The notes under the pieces were generated by a model. The model saw nothing but the letters and a program-made list of their open reading frames with translations. It did no database searches and was not told where the DNA came from. Shown one piece after another: positions 40,926-51,086 of a stretch of DNA of 64,000 bases. Positions within the stretch are counted from its first letter, which is position 1. Each line of letters starts with the position of its first letter. This DNA comes from Candidatus Bathyarchaeota archaeon (lineage in GTDB: Archaea > Thermoproteota > Bathyarchaeia > Bathyarchaeales > Bathycorpusculaceae), in the NCBI GenBank assembly GCA_963707955.1, contig OY970176.1:2282765-2346764 (forward strand), in the 5' to 3' direction. A program made the position numbers and the translations under genes.

Positions 40926-41315
40926 GTGCAAGCTTCGGATGAGAAGGATGTTGTTGAAGGGTTGAAGTCTGAGTGGAAGAGGTTGTGGACGGAGCGGTTT
41001 GATGATAAAGTTAGAGCTGAGGGGATTGCGAGTAGTGATTTTTCTGGTTTGTTTGTGGAGAGGGGGACGGTTATTTTTGCGACTAGGAATTTTAGGTTGT
41101 TGAGTTTTAGGGATGTTTTGGAGCGGCATGGGATAGTTGATGCGGGTAGGCATGTTCCTCCTGACATTCGTGTCGGGGGCTGGGGCAAGTTTGTTCGCTC
41201 GACCATTGCTAGTCGCGCGTTACCAGGGCGAGTTAGGAGGGCTGCTTCTTACGTGGCTGAGAAGAGCGAGAGACAGCAGTTGAAGAAGGGTGGAAGGGGC
41301 TGGGTTCATCTCTAG
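40926..41315 (+). CDS. Hypothetical protein
   Basis: 129-aa ORF co-oriented with the cluster. Confidence 0.7.
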   Translation: MQASDEKDVVEGLKSEWKRLWTERFDDKVRAEGIASSDFSGLFVERGTVIFATRNFRLLSFRDVLERHGIVDAGRHVPPDIRVGGWGKFVRSTIASRALPGRVRRAASYVAEKSERQQLKKGGRGWVHL

Positions 41316-41368
41316 GCCCATACGGTTTTGTGAGTAGACTAGCGCGGTGTGGTTTTCGCGGCTTTTTG

Positions 41369-41397
41369 TTGCATATACAATTTGCATATACGTTTTG
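41369..41397. promoter_or_regulatory. Two 13-bp-periodic TGCATATAC units (putative operator)
   Basis: ttgcatatacaatttgcatatacgttttg directly upstream of the wHTH gene. Confidence 0.55.
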
Positions 41398-41421
41398 ATT
41401 GTGGTTTTTGAGGGGGTTTTC

Positions 41422-41745
41422 TTGGGTTATAGGCGGAAGTTGGATATCATAGCTGACATGCTGTCTGTGGCTAGTGGGGGTGCTAAGAAGACGCAGATTA
41501 TGTATCAGGCTAATTTGAGTTATAGGCTTTTGACGAAGTATTTGGTTGAGGTTAGGAGGGCGTATCTTGTGAGTTTTGAGCGGGGGAGGCGTTGTTATGT
41601 TTTGACTTCGAAGGGAAGGCAGTTTCTATTGTTGTATAAGGAGTATTCTAGGCGTACTAGGTATGTTGAGAAGCGTCTTGACGATGCTAATGGTAAGAAG
41701 AAGGTTTTAGAGAGTTTGTGTTCGAAGAGGAGCGGTGGGGGTTGA
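41422..41745 (+). CDS. Archaeal wHTH transcriptional regulator (HTH_45/DUF4364-like)
   Basis: RRKLDIIADML...KKTQIMYQANLSY...YVLTSKG. Confidence 0.9.
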   Translation: MGYRRKLDIIADMLSVASGGAKKTQIMYQANLSYRLLTKYLVEVRRAYLVSFERGRRCYVLTSKGRQFLLLYKEYSRRTRYVEKRLDDANGKKKVLESLCSKRSGGG

Positions 41746-41752
41746 GTAAGCT

Positions 41753-42241
41753 TTGAAAAGGTTTAGGACTGTTTGCCTTGTTCTTTCGCTTTGCTTAATT
41801 GTGCTTTTCATCGTGCGCAGTGTTACGTTTTCTTATGCATCAACTGAGTCGGATGCAAGTTCAGCTATAGTTCAGGCTGAGCAGAGAATCGAAGGGTGCT
41901 ATTCAGCAGCTGCGGACGCGGAGAAGGCTGGGGCAAACGTGACCGGTCTGCTCTCTGTTCTTGACGATGCTGGGATGCTGTTGTCTAAGGCTAAACTGGC
42001 CTTTCAGAATGGGGATTTCGATTCTGCTTACGGTCTGGCTGTTCAGAGTAACTCGACGCTCACCGGGTTTGAAGCGCAGGCAGGTTCCTTGAGGAACACG
42101 GCGGCCCAGCAGGGACGCGTGGATTTCTTGGTTAACGTTGTGGGGTCCACGGCGGGGACGTTTGCCGTCATAGTCATCGGTTTGTTGCTCTGGTTTAGTC
42201 TGAAGAAAAGATACGAGAAGTCTGGAAGCGTTACAAGATGA
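41753..42241 (+). CDS. Membrane protein with helical extracellular domain
   Basis: Signal/TM, AEKAGANVTGL, C-terminal TM. Confidence 0.8.
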   Translation: MKRFRTVCLVLSLCLIVLFIVRSVTFSYASTESDASSAIVQAEQRIEGCYSAAADAEKAGANVTGLLSVLDDAGMLLSKAKLAFQNGDFDSAYGLAVQSNSTLTGFEAQAGSLRNTAAQQGRVDFLVNVVGSTAGTFAVIVIGLLLWFSLKKRYEKSGSVTR

Positions 42242-42834
42242 ACATAAAGAAAATCGGTGTTCCCTTTTTCGTCGTCGTGGCGATCGTGGCTTTGCTGGTG
42301 GCTTCGCCCGCGCTCAGCAGGGTTCTCGTGTTTCCCCGAAAGTTTTTCACTGAGCTTTATATTCTTGGGTCTAACGGCACGGCTGAGAACTATCCGTTTA
42401 ACATTTCTTCTGGCCAGAGTTACACTGTAACTCTCGGCATTGGTAACCAATTAGGCTACTGTGCCTACTATGTGGTTGAGGTGAAGTTTCGAAATGAGAC
42501 TCAGTCGGCTCCGAGCAGTTTCGACAGCACGCCGAGCAGTTTGCCTTCGCTTTTCAACATAACTGCTTTTGTGGCTGACCAAGGTGTTTGGGAGATGCCT
42601 CTGACGTTTTCTTGGAGCTATCAGTACAATGCGACGCTGCTTGAGGTCGATTTCGTTAACATGACGTTGAACGATGTTGTGCTGGACCTGCATGGTTCCA
42701 GTACGGCTTGGAACGCTACTGAGAGCAAGTTTTATGGTGACCTGGTTTTTGAGCTGTGGATTTTCAACGCTACGACAAGCGTTTTTCAGTATCATGAGCG
42801 TTTCGTGGATTTGAAGTTGAACATGACGGTGTAG
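42238..42834 (+). CDS. DUF1616-family protein
   Basis: FTELYILGSNGTAENYP...GIGNQLG...Y.VEVK. Confidence 0.85.
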   Translation: MNIKKIGVPFFVVVAIVALLVASPALSRVLVFPRKFFTELYILGSNGTAENYPFNISSGQSYTVTLGIGNQLGYCAYYVVEVKFRNETQSAPSSFDSTPSSLPSLFNITAFVADQGVWEMPLTFSWSYQYNATLLEVDFVNMTLNDVVLDLHGSSTAWNATESKFYGDLVFELWIFNATTSVFQYHERFVDLKLNMTV

Positions 42835-42847
42835 GCGGCTGACGTTT

Positions 42848-43636
42848 TTGAGCCAGTACAAGGTTAGGAATTTCAGGCGCGGAGATGAAGAGGCGATTGT
42901 CAAGCTTTTTGATCAAGTGTACGAGGGTTATGGCGGCTATGTTCCCAGAACCGTGGAGTATTGGCGTTGGAGTTGTCTTCAGAGGCCTGATGTGAAGGAG
43001 GGTGGGGTTTTTGTGGTTTCTGAAGATGAGGGCAGCGGTCTTTTGGGTTACGCGGTTGTGGGTTCCTCTGGCAACATTTGGGAGTTCTGCGTGGCGGATG
43101 GAGAGAAGGAGGCAGCGCGGGTTCTCTTGGCCGAGGCTGTGAAGTATCTTGAAGGAGTTGGGGTTTCTTCGGTGAGCGTTAACGTTCCTTGCAACGCCGA
43201 TGTGGCTGAGGTTTTGGTTGAGGCTGGTTTCGGTGAGGTTCCTGCTGAGAGGATGTTTGTCACGTCTGTGAGTCCTGCAATGCTGGTTCAGGCCTTTGTG
43301 GGTTCTTGGAAGAGCAGGGAGGTGGGCGGGTTTGATGATGTTTTGGGTTTTCGCCTGCGTGACGTGCCCTTCGGTGTCGGTGGAGAGTTTTCTGTTAAGG
43401 CTCGTGGCGGGGCGGTGGAGGTTGGTGAGGGTTTTCCTTCGGGCGCGTCGGTTGTTGTTGAGATGGGTTTCATGGATTTTCTGTCGGTGCTCTTTAAAGG
43501 TTCGAGTGCTGGCCGGTTGTTTCTTGCAGGTAAGATGCGTGTTAAGCCGTTTCGGAAGTTCGGTGTGGCTTTGAGGTTTTTGAGTGCGATTCGTTTGACG
43601 CGTTCATGGTTTTTTCCGTTGAGTGATTTCGGCTGA
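42848..43636 (+). CDS. GNAT acyltransferase with C-terminal SCP2-like domain
   Basis: VRNFRRGDEEAIVKL...RTVEYWRW; LFLAGKMRV. Confidence 0.75.
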   Translation: MSQYKVRNFRRGDEEAIVKLFDQVYEGYGGYVPRTVEYWRWSCLQRPDVKEGGVFVVSEDEGSGLLGYAVVGSSGNIWEFCVADGEKEAARVLLAEAVKYLEGVGVSSVSVNVPCNADVAEVLVEAGFGEVPAERMFVTSVSPAMLVQAFVGSWKSREVGGFDDVLGFRLRDVPFGVGGEFSVKARGGAVEVGEGFPSGASVVVEMGFMDFLSVLFKGSSAGRLFLAGKMRVKPFRKFGVALRFLSAIRLTRSWFFPLSDFG

Positions 43637-44461
43637 TGTTTATGGTTGAGTCTTTTGTTTGTCGTTCGCTTCGCGTGGAGGATGAGGGGGCAGTTAGGGC
43701 TTTGGTTGGGTCGAGTTTCAGCGGTTTTTTTGGGGGGAGGTTTTGGGACTGGAAGTATCTGGAGAGTCCGGGTTTTGACCGTTCATGGGTAGCAGTGGCT
43801 GAGGAAGGGGGCAGGATCATTGGGTGTAATCATTGGCTTTTTCGAAGCTTCAAGGTTTCAGGTTCGGTTGTGGTTGACGCCGCCTTGGGCGCCGACATCG
43901 CGGTTGTTCCTGAGTATCGAAAAAGGGGTGTTGGGAGGGCTTTGATTTATTTTATGAGGGGGAAGCATGCTGACAGGAGGTTGCCGTTGATGTACATGTT
44001 TGCTGACCCTGCGTTGAGCAGGCATTTTCACACGCCTGTTGCGGGTTACGTTCCCGTTGAGCATGGCACGGCGTTGTACACGAAGATTCTGAATTGGAAC
44101 AAGGTTGAGAGCAGCGCGGGTACCTTCAGCGAGAGGGCGAAGGCTTGGAGAGTTCGGTGACAGGCTTTCGAAGGTTGATCTGACGGTGGTTTTCAGAGTG
44201 CGGGGTGCTCCGCCGCTGCGTCTGCAGGTGAACCGTGACAGGGTGAAGGCTGATGTTTCTGAGGGCGGCGCGGACGTTACGGTGTCGGGTGACGTGGCGA
44301 CTTTAGCCTTGATTAAGGGTCAGGGCAGGGGTGGAAGGTGGAGTCTCGTTCGGGCCGTGGTGACTGGCAGGTTGAGGTTGAGGGGTAGCCCTCTGAAGAT
44401 GCTCTTGTTGTACAGGAGCATGTGGGTGTTTCGAGAAGTGTTCAGTGGAAAGATGACTTAG
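43636..44461 (+). pseudogene. GNAT acyltransferase + SCP2-like domain, frameshift near 44145
   Basis: FWDWKYLESP, DIAVVPEYRKRGVGRAL; continuation ADVTVSGD...VVTGRLRLRG lies in another frame. Confidence 0.75.
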
Positions 44462-44480
44462 ACTTAGAGGGTTAAGCGGC

Positions 44481-45764
44481 ATGGCTGGAAAGTTTTGGAA
44501 CAGGAAGGTTCAGATCGCGTCGGTCAGCGAGTTGAGGGCTTTGCAGCTTAGGCTTTTGAAGAGGCAGGTTCACTTTGCCTTTGAGAATAGCAGGTTTTAT
44601 CGTCGCAAGTTTAAGGAGAGCGGCGTTGGCGTTCCGCGGGTTCGGAGTTTAAACGACGTGGAGAAGCTGCCCTTCACGTCTCGTGAGGAGCTTGAACGGA
44701 ATTTTTGGACTGTGCTTTCGGTTCCGTTTTCTGATGTTTCGACTCTTCGCATGTCCAGTGGCAGCACGGGTCTTCCGTTGGCGGTGGCTCACACGCAGAA
44801 AGACGTTGAGAACATCGCTGAGGCTTCTGCTAGGAAGCTTACTTATCACGGAGTCACCGGGAAGGACGTGTTACAGGTCACGTCTGCGTACGGTCTGTGG
44901 CAGGGAGCCTGGTCCGTTCATTGGGGCGCGGAGAAGGTCGGCGCGTGCGTGATTCCTGTCGGCGCCGGAGATACTGAGAGGCAGATTCGTATTATCAAGC
45001 AGTTTAAGACGACGGTTCTTTACGGGGTGACTAATTATCATCTCAGAATTGCCGAGGTTGCTAAGGCTTTGGGAGAAGTTTTGAGCGATTATAGCCTGTG
45101 GCTCGGGGTCTGCGTGGCGGAGAAGCCTAGCAGGCAGCAGGTTGAGACGTTGAAGAAGGAGTTTGGTTATGAAAAAATCGCGTTAGATTATGGTGCAACG
45201 GAGTTTCCTGGTTTTTCGGTCAACTGCGAACAGGGCGATTTTCATCATGTTTGGGCGGATTATTATCTGATTGAAGCTGTGGATCCAGAGACGCATGAAC
45301 TGTGTGAAGACGGAGACAGGGGTGAGCTTGCCATCACGAGCTTGCAGAGGCAAGCGTTTCCTCTGATTAGGTATCTTTCGCGTGACGTGACCAAGTTTCT
45401 GGGCTTTGAAAAGTGCTCGTGCGGTATGGCTCATCCGCGGGTCAGCGTTGAGATTGACCGTGAGGATTTTATGACGAAGATTCGTGGGGTGCCCGTGTTT
45501 CCAGGCCAGGTTGAGCTGATACTGGGCAGGTTTTCCGAGCTCACTGGCAAGTGCCAATTGATCGTTGATAAGCGGACGCCTCAGCATGAGGCCAGTTTGA
45601 AGGTTGAAACGCAGAACATTCTTTCGCAGGTTGACAAAAAAACCATTGCGCGGGCGATTGTTGAAGAGGTCAAGAACAGGGTTGGAATAACGTTCAACGA
45701 AGTGGTCTTTGTTCCTTCAGGAACTTTCGAGGCCAAGTATAAGAAGGCACTTGTCGTAACCTGA
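44481..45764 (+). CDS. Phenylacetate-CoA ligase (PaaK)-like adenylate-forming enzyme
   Basis: LPFTSREEL, SSGSTG, YGATE, PLIRY, KIRGVPVFP. Confidence 0.9.
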   Translation: MAGKFWNRKVQIASVSELRALQLRLLKRQVHFAFENSRFYRRKFKESGVGVPRVRSLNDVEKLPFTSREELERNFWTVLSVPFSDVSTLRMSSGSTGLPLAVAHTQKDVENIAEASARKLTYHGVTGKDVLQVTSAYGLWQGAWSVHWGAEKVGACVIPVGAGDTERQIRIIKQFKTTVLYGVTNYHLRIAEVAKALGEVLSDYSLWLGVCVAEKPSRQQVETLKKEFGYEKIALDYGATEFPGFSVNCEQGDFHHVWADYYLIEAVDPETHELCEDGDRGELAITSLQRQAFPLIRYLSRDVTKFLGFEKCSCGMAHPRVSVEIDREDFMTKIRGVPVFPGQVELILGRFSELTGKCQLIVDKRTPQHEASLKVETQNILSQVDKKTIARAIVEEVKNRVGITFNEVVFVPSGTFEAKYKKALVVT

Positions 45765-45800
45765 CATTGCTTGATACTTGCGGTTTTCAGGGCGCTTTCT

Positions 45801-47075
45801 ATGATTGTCTGTCTCTCGGTGTCGCATAAGAAGGCAGGTTTGCCCATGCTTGAATCGGTCACTTTTCGAAACGAAGGTGAGGTTGCGAGGGCTCTTTGTA
45901 AGGAAGGCATGCTTCAGGAGTGCGTTGTTCTGCAGACTTGTCACCGCGTCGAGGTCTACGGTGTGGCTCAGGATTCGATGAAGAATGGTTCAGTGAATCG
46001 GATACTGAGGTTTTGGAGTTCAAGGGTTGGGGTTAGCTATGACGTGTTGAGCAGGGTTTACGAGTTCTATGTGGGAAAGGAGGCTTTGGCTCATCTTTTT
46101 TCTTTAGCAGCCGGCTTGGAGTCGATGGTAGTTGGTGAGGACCAGATTCTCGGCCAAGTGCGGACGGCTTACGTGAAGGCGAAGAAGCTTGGCAGTGTGG
46201 GGCACGTTCTTGACAGGACTTTTATGAAGGCTGTTAACACTGGCAGAAGGGTCAGGAGCGAGACGAAGATTAATGAGGGTTCGGTTTCGGTCAGTTCCGC
46301 CGCGGTGGACCTGGCTGCGAGGGAACTTGGAGGCCTTGAGCATGTTAGGGCTCTTGTAATCGGTGCTGGCGAAGCTGCTTCCATCGCTGCAGACGCTTTG
46401 AGAAGGAGAAGGGCGAAGGAGATCGTTGTTGCAAACAGGTCCCTTGCTAAGGGTGCTGCTCTTGCTGCAGAGGTGTCTGGAAGAGTTGTGGGTCTTGATG
46501 CTGTTTACGATGTGCTTCCATCTGTGGACTTGGTCGTTGCGGCGGTTTCGGTTGATAAGCCGATTGTTGAAGCTCGTCGCGCTAAGAAAGCACTTGCTAG
46601 GAATAGCGGTTCTAGGCTTCTTGTGGTCGATATTTCTCAGCCTAGGGCGGTGGAGGAGGCTGTGGGTCTGCTTCGAGGAGTCGTTTTGAGGAACATTGAG
46701 GATCTTAAGGGGATCGTTGAGGAGAATGTTCAGAAGCGTCGTGTGGAAGCTGAGAAGGCTCGATTGCTTGTTGCTGAGGAGCTGGAATTGTTTGAGCGGG
46801 AGCTTTCGTGGGTTCTTGTTGAGCCTTTGGTCTCGGCGATCTATCGGAGTTTGGAAGCTGTGAGGCGTAGAGAGTTTGACAGGGCCGTTCGGAAGATGGC
46901 TGAGTCGGATGTGAAGAAGGTTATGGTTGTGGAACGGTTTTCCATGGAGCTTGTTGAAAGGATCATGCAGGTTCCAACCGAGGAGTTGAAGAAGGCTGCA
47001 TTAGAAAGTGAAAGCGAACTGCTGTCGGCTGCTGGAAGATTGTTTAAGGTGAAGGGCGAGGAGGAGCATGAGTAG
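45801..47075 (+). CDS. hemA: Glutamyl-tRNA reductase
   Basis: LQTCHRVE, GLESMVVGEDQILGQVR, IGAGE, VANRS, DISQPR. Confidence 0.95.
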   Translation: MIVCLSVSHKKAGLPMLESVTFRNEGEVARALCKEGMLQECVVLQTCHRVEVYGVAQDSMKNGSVNRILRFWSSRVGVSYDVLSRVYEFYVGKEALAHLFSLAAGLESMVVGEDQILGQVRTAYVKAKKLGSVGHVLDRTFMKAVNTGRRVRSETKINEGSVSVSSAAVDLAARELGGLEHVRALVIGAGEAASIAADALRRRRAKEIVVANRSLAKGAALAAEVSGRVVGLDAVYDVLPSVDLVVAAVSVDKPIVEARRAKKALARNSGSRLLVVDISQPRAVEEAVGLLRGVVLRNIEDLKGIVEENVQKRRVEAEKARLLVAEELELFERELSWVLVEPLVSAIYRSLEAVRRREFDRAVRKMAESDVKKVMVVERFSMELVERIMQVPTEELKKAALESESELLSAAGRLFKVKGEEEHE

Positions 47076-48336
47076 GTCTGAGAGGCTTTATGAAAAGGCT
47101 AAGAAGCTGATGCCGGGCGGAGTGAACAGTCCTGTTAGGGCTTTCTTGCCTTACCCGTTTTTTACGAGAAGCGCAAAGGGGTCGAGGCTGTTTGACGTTG
47201 ATGGAAAAGAGTATATTGATTATTGTATGGGTTATGGGCCGTTGATATTAGGCCATGCTTATCCGAAGGTCATCGACGCTGTGAGAACGCAGCTTGAGGA
47301 TGGAACGTTGTTCGGCACTCCGTCTGAGCAGGAGGTGGAGCTTGCTGAGCTCGTGTGCAAGTTTGTGCCTTCGGCGGAGATGGTTCGTCTTGTGAGCACG
47401 GGCGGTGAGGCGACGATGAGTGCGATACGTTTGGCTAGGGGTTTTACGGGTAGGAAGAAGATTATCAAGTTTGAAGGGTGCTATCACGGTGCGCATGACT
47501 CGGTGCTTGTGAAGGCTGGTTCTGGTGCGGAGACGTTTGGGATGCCTGATTCGCTTGGGGTTCCTGAGGAGACGGCTAGGAACACGGTTGTTGTGCCTTT
47601 CAATGATGTTGCCGCGTTTGAGGCGGCGGTGAAGAAGGAGCAGAAGGATCTTGCGGCGGTGATTGTTGAGCCTGTTATAGGTAATATCGGTGTGGTGTTG
47701 CCGAAGGAGGGTTTTTTGGAGTCTTTGCGGGAAGTTACTGAGTACTTTGGTGTGGTGTTGGTTTTTGATGAGGTGATTACGGGGTTTAGGCTTGCGCTTG
47801 GTGGGGCTCAGATGTTTTATGGTGTTAAGCCTGATTTGACATCGTTGGGCAAGGTTTTAGGCGGGGGTTTTCCGTTGGCAGCTTATGCTGGTAGAGAAGA
47901 GATTATGCGGATGGTTGCGCCTTCTGGGAAAGTGTACCAGGCGGGCACGTTCAGCGGTAATCCGATTAGCGTTGCGGCTGGTTTGGCTACGTTGCGGGTT
48001 CTGCGGGGCAGGAAGGGTTTCTACTCTGAGTTGGAGAGGAAGTGTGAGAAACTGGTTAAGGGGTTAGAAGGTATAGCGGAGGGTTTGGGTTTGAGGGTTC
48101 AGGTTAACCATGTGGGTTCGATGTTTCAGATGTTTCTCACAGGCGAGCCTGTCTTCGATTATGCTAGTGCGAAGAAGAGTGACAGTAAGAAGTTTATGGT
48201 TGTGCACCGGAAGCTTCTGGACGGGGGCGTGTTTGTTCCGCCTTCGCAGTACGAAACGTGCTTCTTGTCTGCGGCTCACAAGGACATGGACTTAGCGAAG
48301 ACTGTCGAATGCTATGAGCGGGCTCTTCAGTTTTAA
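47068..48336 (+). CDS. hemL: Glutamate-1-semialdehyde 2,1-aminomutase
   Basis: MPGGVNSPVRAF, FEGCYHG, FDEVITGFR, LGKVLGGG, YQAGTFSGNP. Confidence 0.97.
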   Translation: MSRSERLYEKAKKLMPGGVNSPVRAFLPYPFFTRSAKGSRLFDVDGKEYIDYCMGYGPLILGHAYPKVIDAVRTQLEDGTLFGTPSEQEVELAELVCKFVPSAEMVRLVSTGGEATMSAIRLARGFTGRKKIIKFEGCYHGAHDSVLVKAGSGAETFGMPDSLGVPEETARNTVVVPFNDVAAFEAAVKKEQKDLAAVIVEPVIGNIGVVLPKEGFLESLREVTEYFGVVLVFDEVITGFRLALGGAQMFYGVKPDLTSLGKVLGGGFPLAAYAGREEIMRMVAPSGKVYQAGTFSGNPISVAAGLATLRVLRGRKGFYSELERKCEKLVKGLEGIAEGLGLRVQVNHVGSMFQMFLTGEPVFDYASAKKSDSKKFMVVHRKLLDGGVFVPPSQYETCFLSAAHKDMDLAKTVECYERALQF

Positions 48337-48355
48337 TTTCTGAACTTTTTTCAAA

Positions 48356-48390
48356 TGTATATACGTTTTGCATATACGTTTTGTATATAC
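48356..48390. promoter_or_regulatory. Three tandem 13-bp TG(T/C)ATATACGTTT units
   Basis: tgtatatacgttttgcatatacgttttgtatatac; same unit as 41369-41397. Confidence 0.55.
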
Positions 48391-48431
48391 AGTCGACGTC
48401 TGCTTGGCTTTCGTTCCGTGTGGATGGGTGG

Positions 48432-48547
48432 ACGCTACATCCCTGTATTCGCGTTTTTCCCCTTCTATTTTACCCCCCCCTCCCCCCTAGGGTGTTAGTA
48501 CTGCACGTGGGCGTTCGCGAGGGCCCTACTGACTTTGTATGGGCTTT
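48432..48547 (+). repeat. ~110-bp intergenic direct repeat, copy 2
   Basis: Matches 40511-40620. Confidence 0.9.
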
Positions 48548-48687
48548 AAGCTGAGCTTGTGTGGAGGGTTTGAAAGAGGGCTGCGCGAGGGTAGTTACTT
48601 TTCTATGTGCTTGACCATCGCTCATTAGCGCGCGCGTCTATTAGGTTGCACCGTGGAATTAACTGCAACTGTGACATTTTGGGAGAG

Positions 48688-49518
48688 ATGGGAAAATTGG
48701 AGAACCAAACGCTGGAAGAACAGATCTATGAAGCTAATATCGCAGCTCACCGAATTGAATCAAAGTACTTCGAACTACTTCACCCAGAAATATATAATAA
48801 AATCGAGCAGAGGAGGTTGGTCAAAGAGCTTAAAAAAGCCGTTAGATTAGTTGCAAGCGGTGGGAGAAGAGCCCTTGATTTTGGTGCTGGGACAGGCAAC
48901 GTAACGGGCAAATTTCTGCGCATGGGGTACGAAGTTACATCAGTCGATATTTCGAGGGAAATGTGCGGAAGGCTGCAGGATAAATATGCTGACTTCGTCA
49001 AAAATGGCATGCTGCACATCGTGAATTCCAAGATTGAAGACGCCTACTTCGGTCTAGAAGAATTCGACCTGATTACGTGCTATTCGGTACTGCATCACCT
49101 TCCTGACTACGAACAGGTGATCCAAATGCTTGCATCCTATTTGAAAAAGGGCGGGATACTCTACTTAGATCATGAGATTTCCCCTTTCGTGGGATCGGAA
49201 GACAGAATCGCACGAACCTACTACCGAATCGATTGGGTTGTAAACTCACTTATCGGAACCATGATTCCTCAGATCAGAAAGGCTAACGATGAACGTGGCA
49301 TCCTAAATCGTGCAATTTCCACTTTGGCCGACTATTGGGGACAACCAGAGCGGAAGATCGACAACGCAAGAATAAAGCGTGTCTTCAAAGAACTGAGCTT
49401 CACATACAGTGTACGCAAAGATTACCATCTTCATAGAACGAGAATTCCTAACCCTGTTTATTTCGTCTTTAAATATGCTTCCAGACCTGACGTAAGTTGT
49501 TGGATAGCTCATAAATAG
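48688..49518 (+). CDS. Class I SAM-dependent methyltransferase
   Basis: ALDFGAGTG, VDIS, FDLITCYSVLHHLPD, LKKGG. Confidence 0.9.
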   Translation: MGKLENQTLEEQIYEANIAAHRIESKYFELLHPEIYNKIEQRRLVKELKKAVRLVASGGRRALDFGAGTGNVTGKFLRMGYEVTSVDISREMCGRLQDKYADFVKNGMLHIVNSKIEDAYFGLEEFDLITCYSVLHHLPDYEQVIQMLASYLKKGGILYLDHEISPFVGSEDRIARTYYRIDWVVNSLIGTMIPQIRKANDERGILNRAISTLADYWGQPERKIDNARIKRVFKELSFTYSVRKDYHLHRTRIPNPVYFVFKYASRPDVSCWIAHK

Positions 49519-49818
49519 CGCGCGTCGGTTAAGACGAGAACGTCGCCACGCGCACGCATGCGCGGTTTGAGCTTTGCTTGTTAAAATGTGACGGTTGGCG
49601 GGTGTTAGGTTTGCTTTCTGTTGTGATTAGCGCGCGCTTTGAGAGTTGATGGCGTGGGATGAGGAATGGGGAATGTTGTTAACGCGTCGTTGCCCGTTGC
49701 AGTTTTGCGCTGCGAGTGAGTGGTCGTTCTTGATATATTGTTAGGCTTGAAATATCCTTCTAATGAGGGTTTCTTGTACGTTTGGAGTTGTAAGTGTTGA
49801 GTAGACACAAGAGGTTCG

Positions 49819-51054
49819 GTGTGGCTTCGGTTGAGAATTGCGTTTGTAGACTTGGATATGTCTCCGAGAACTGGATCGAGGCGTTTTACTTGTGAGGTGG
49901 CTAGTGAACTTCAGGCTATGGGTCATGAAGTTGGAATTTTCACGTCTAGGCTGGATACTCAGAGATGTTTTAGACAGTGCTTATCTCTTCCTGTTGATGT
50001 CGCTTCGAGTCGTGGTTCCTCTCAAGAGGGAAGCGCAAGTGTGCTGACGAGGGCGATCAGGAAGTTCGGAAAAAATGCGATAATCAATCTTGCGAATAAT
50101 TATGAATATGACTTGTTAGAGACCGATTTCGCTTTGAAGACGAGCGAAAAGATTGTGAGCATGGGATACGAAGCAGTTCTTTTTCAGTACCATGGGGAAC
50201 ATTGGCTTTTTCCAGTCTTCTATCACCTGAACGGAGCGAAAGGTGCCGTGTTTCTTAACATGGTTCCGCCGAGGCCTCGGTCGGAGGCTTTGCCTTTTCA
50301 GGAATCGACTCTGGAACGAAGGATTGTAGACAGGCTGGTCAGTCTGCCTTTTGTCCGTAGGTTTGAGAAAGTAAGCCTCAGAAACGTGGCTTTGTTTGTC
50401 ACTCCGAGCGAGTTTCAGCTTCAGCAAGCGCGGGTGCAAGGTGTGATTGGGCAGAAGAAGGCTGCTGTTGTTCCGTTAGGAGTTGATCATTGCGAGTTTT
50501 GTCCGACGGGTGAAGAGGAGCCTTTTGCGCTTTATGTAGGGCGGATTCATCCTCATAAGTCGTTGGAACTGGCGATGATGTCCATGAAGAACATGGATTC
50601 AGACTATTCGCTGGTGATTGCTGGAGACGTTGACGACGGTAACGTTGAGTATGTGGAGAGGCTTCTGAGTCTGGCTGAGGAGTTGAAAATCTCGGACAGG
50701 TTTGAACTGATTTTGCATCCGTCAGAAAGGCGGATTGTTAGGTTGATGCAGAGTTGTTCGGCTTTTTTGTTTCCAAGCACTATTGACACTTTTGGACTTG
50801 TGGTTCTTGAAGCTATGGCCTGTGGAAAACCAGTTGTGGCTTGCAACAGAGGAGGTGTTCCAGAGATAGTCGGAGACGCGGGATTCCTTATTGAGCCAGA
50901 TCCAGTTCAGTGGGAGAAAGCCGCTACAAGACTGCTGTCAGATTCTGAGTTTCGGCACGCTATGGGACAAAAAGCATTGCAGCGATCCGAAGAGTATTCA
51001 TGGAAACACACGACTTGCCGATTGCTCGAAGCTTTAGAAACCAAGTGTGCCTAG
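49819..51054 (+). CDS. Glycosyltransferase family 4
   Basis: VGRIHPHK, FPSTIDTFGLVVLEAMACGKPVV. Confidence 0.93.
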   Translation: MWLRLRIAFVDLDMSPRTGSRRFTCEVASELQAMGHEVGIFTSRLDTQRCFRQCLSLPVDVASSRGSSQEGSASVLTRAIRKFGKNAIINLANNYEYDLLETDFALKTSEKIVSMGYEAVLFQYHGEHWLFPVFYHLNGAKGAVFLNMVPPRPRSEALPFQESTLERRIVDRLVSLPFVRRFEKVSLRNVALFVTPSEFQLQQARVQGVIGQKKAAVVPLGVDHCEFCPTGEEEPFALYVGRIHPHKSLELAMMSMKNMDSDYSLVIAGDVDDGNVEYVERLLSLAEELKISDRFELILHPSERRIVRLMQSCSAFLFPSTIDTFGLVVLEAMACGKPVVACNRGGVPEIVGDAGFLIEPDPVQWEKAATRLLSDSEFRHAMGQKALQRSEEYSWKHTTCRLLEALETKCA

Positions 51055-51086
51055 TTGATGCGTGCCCTTTTTGAAGGGCGCGCTAG

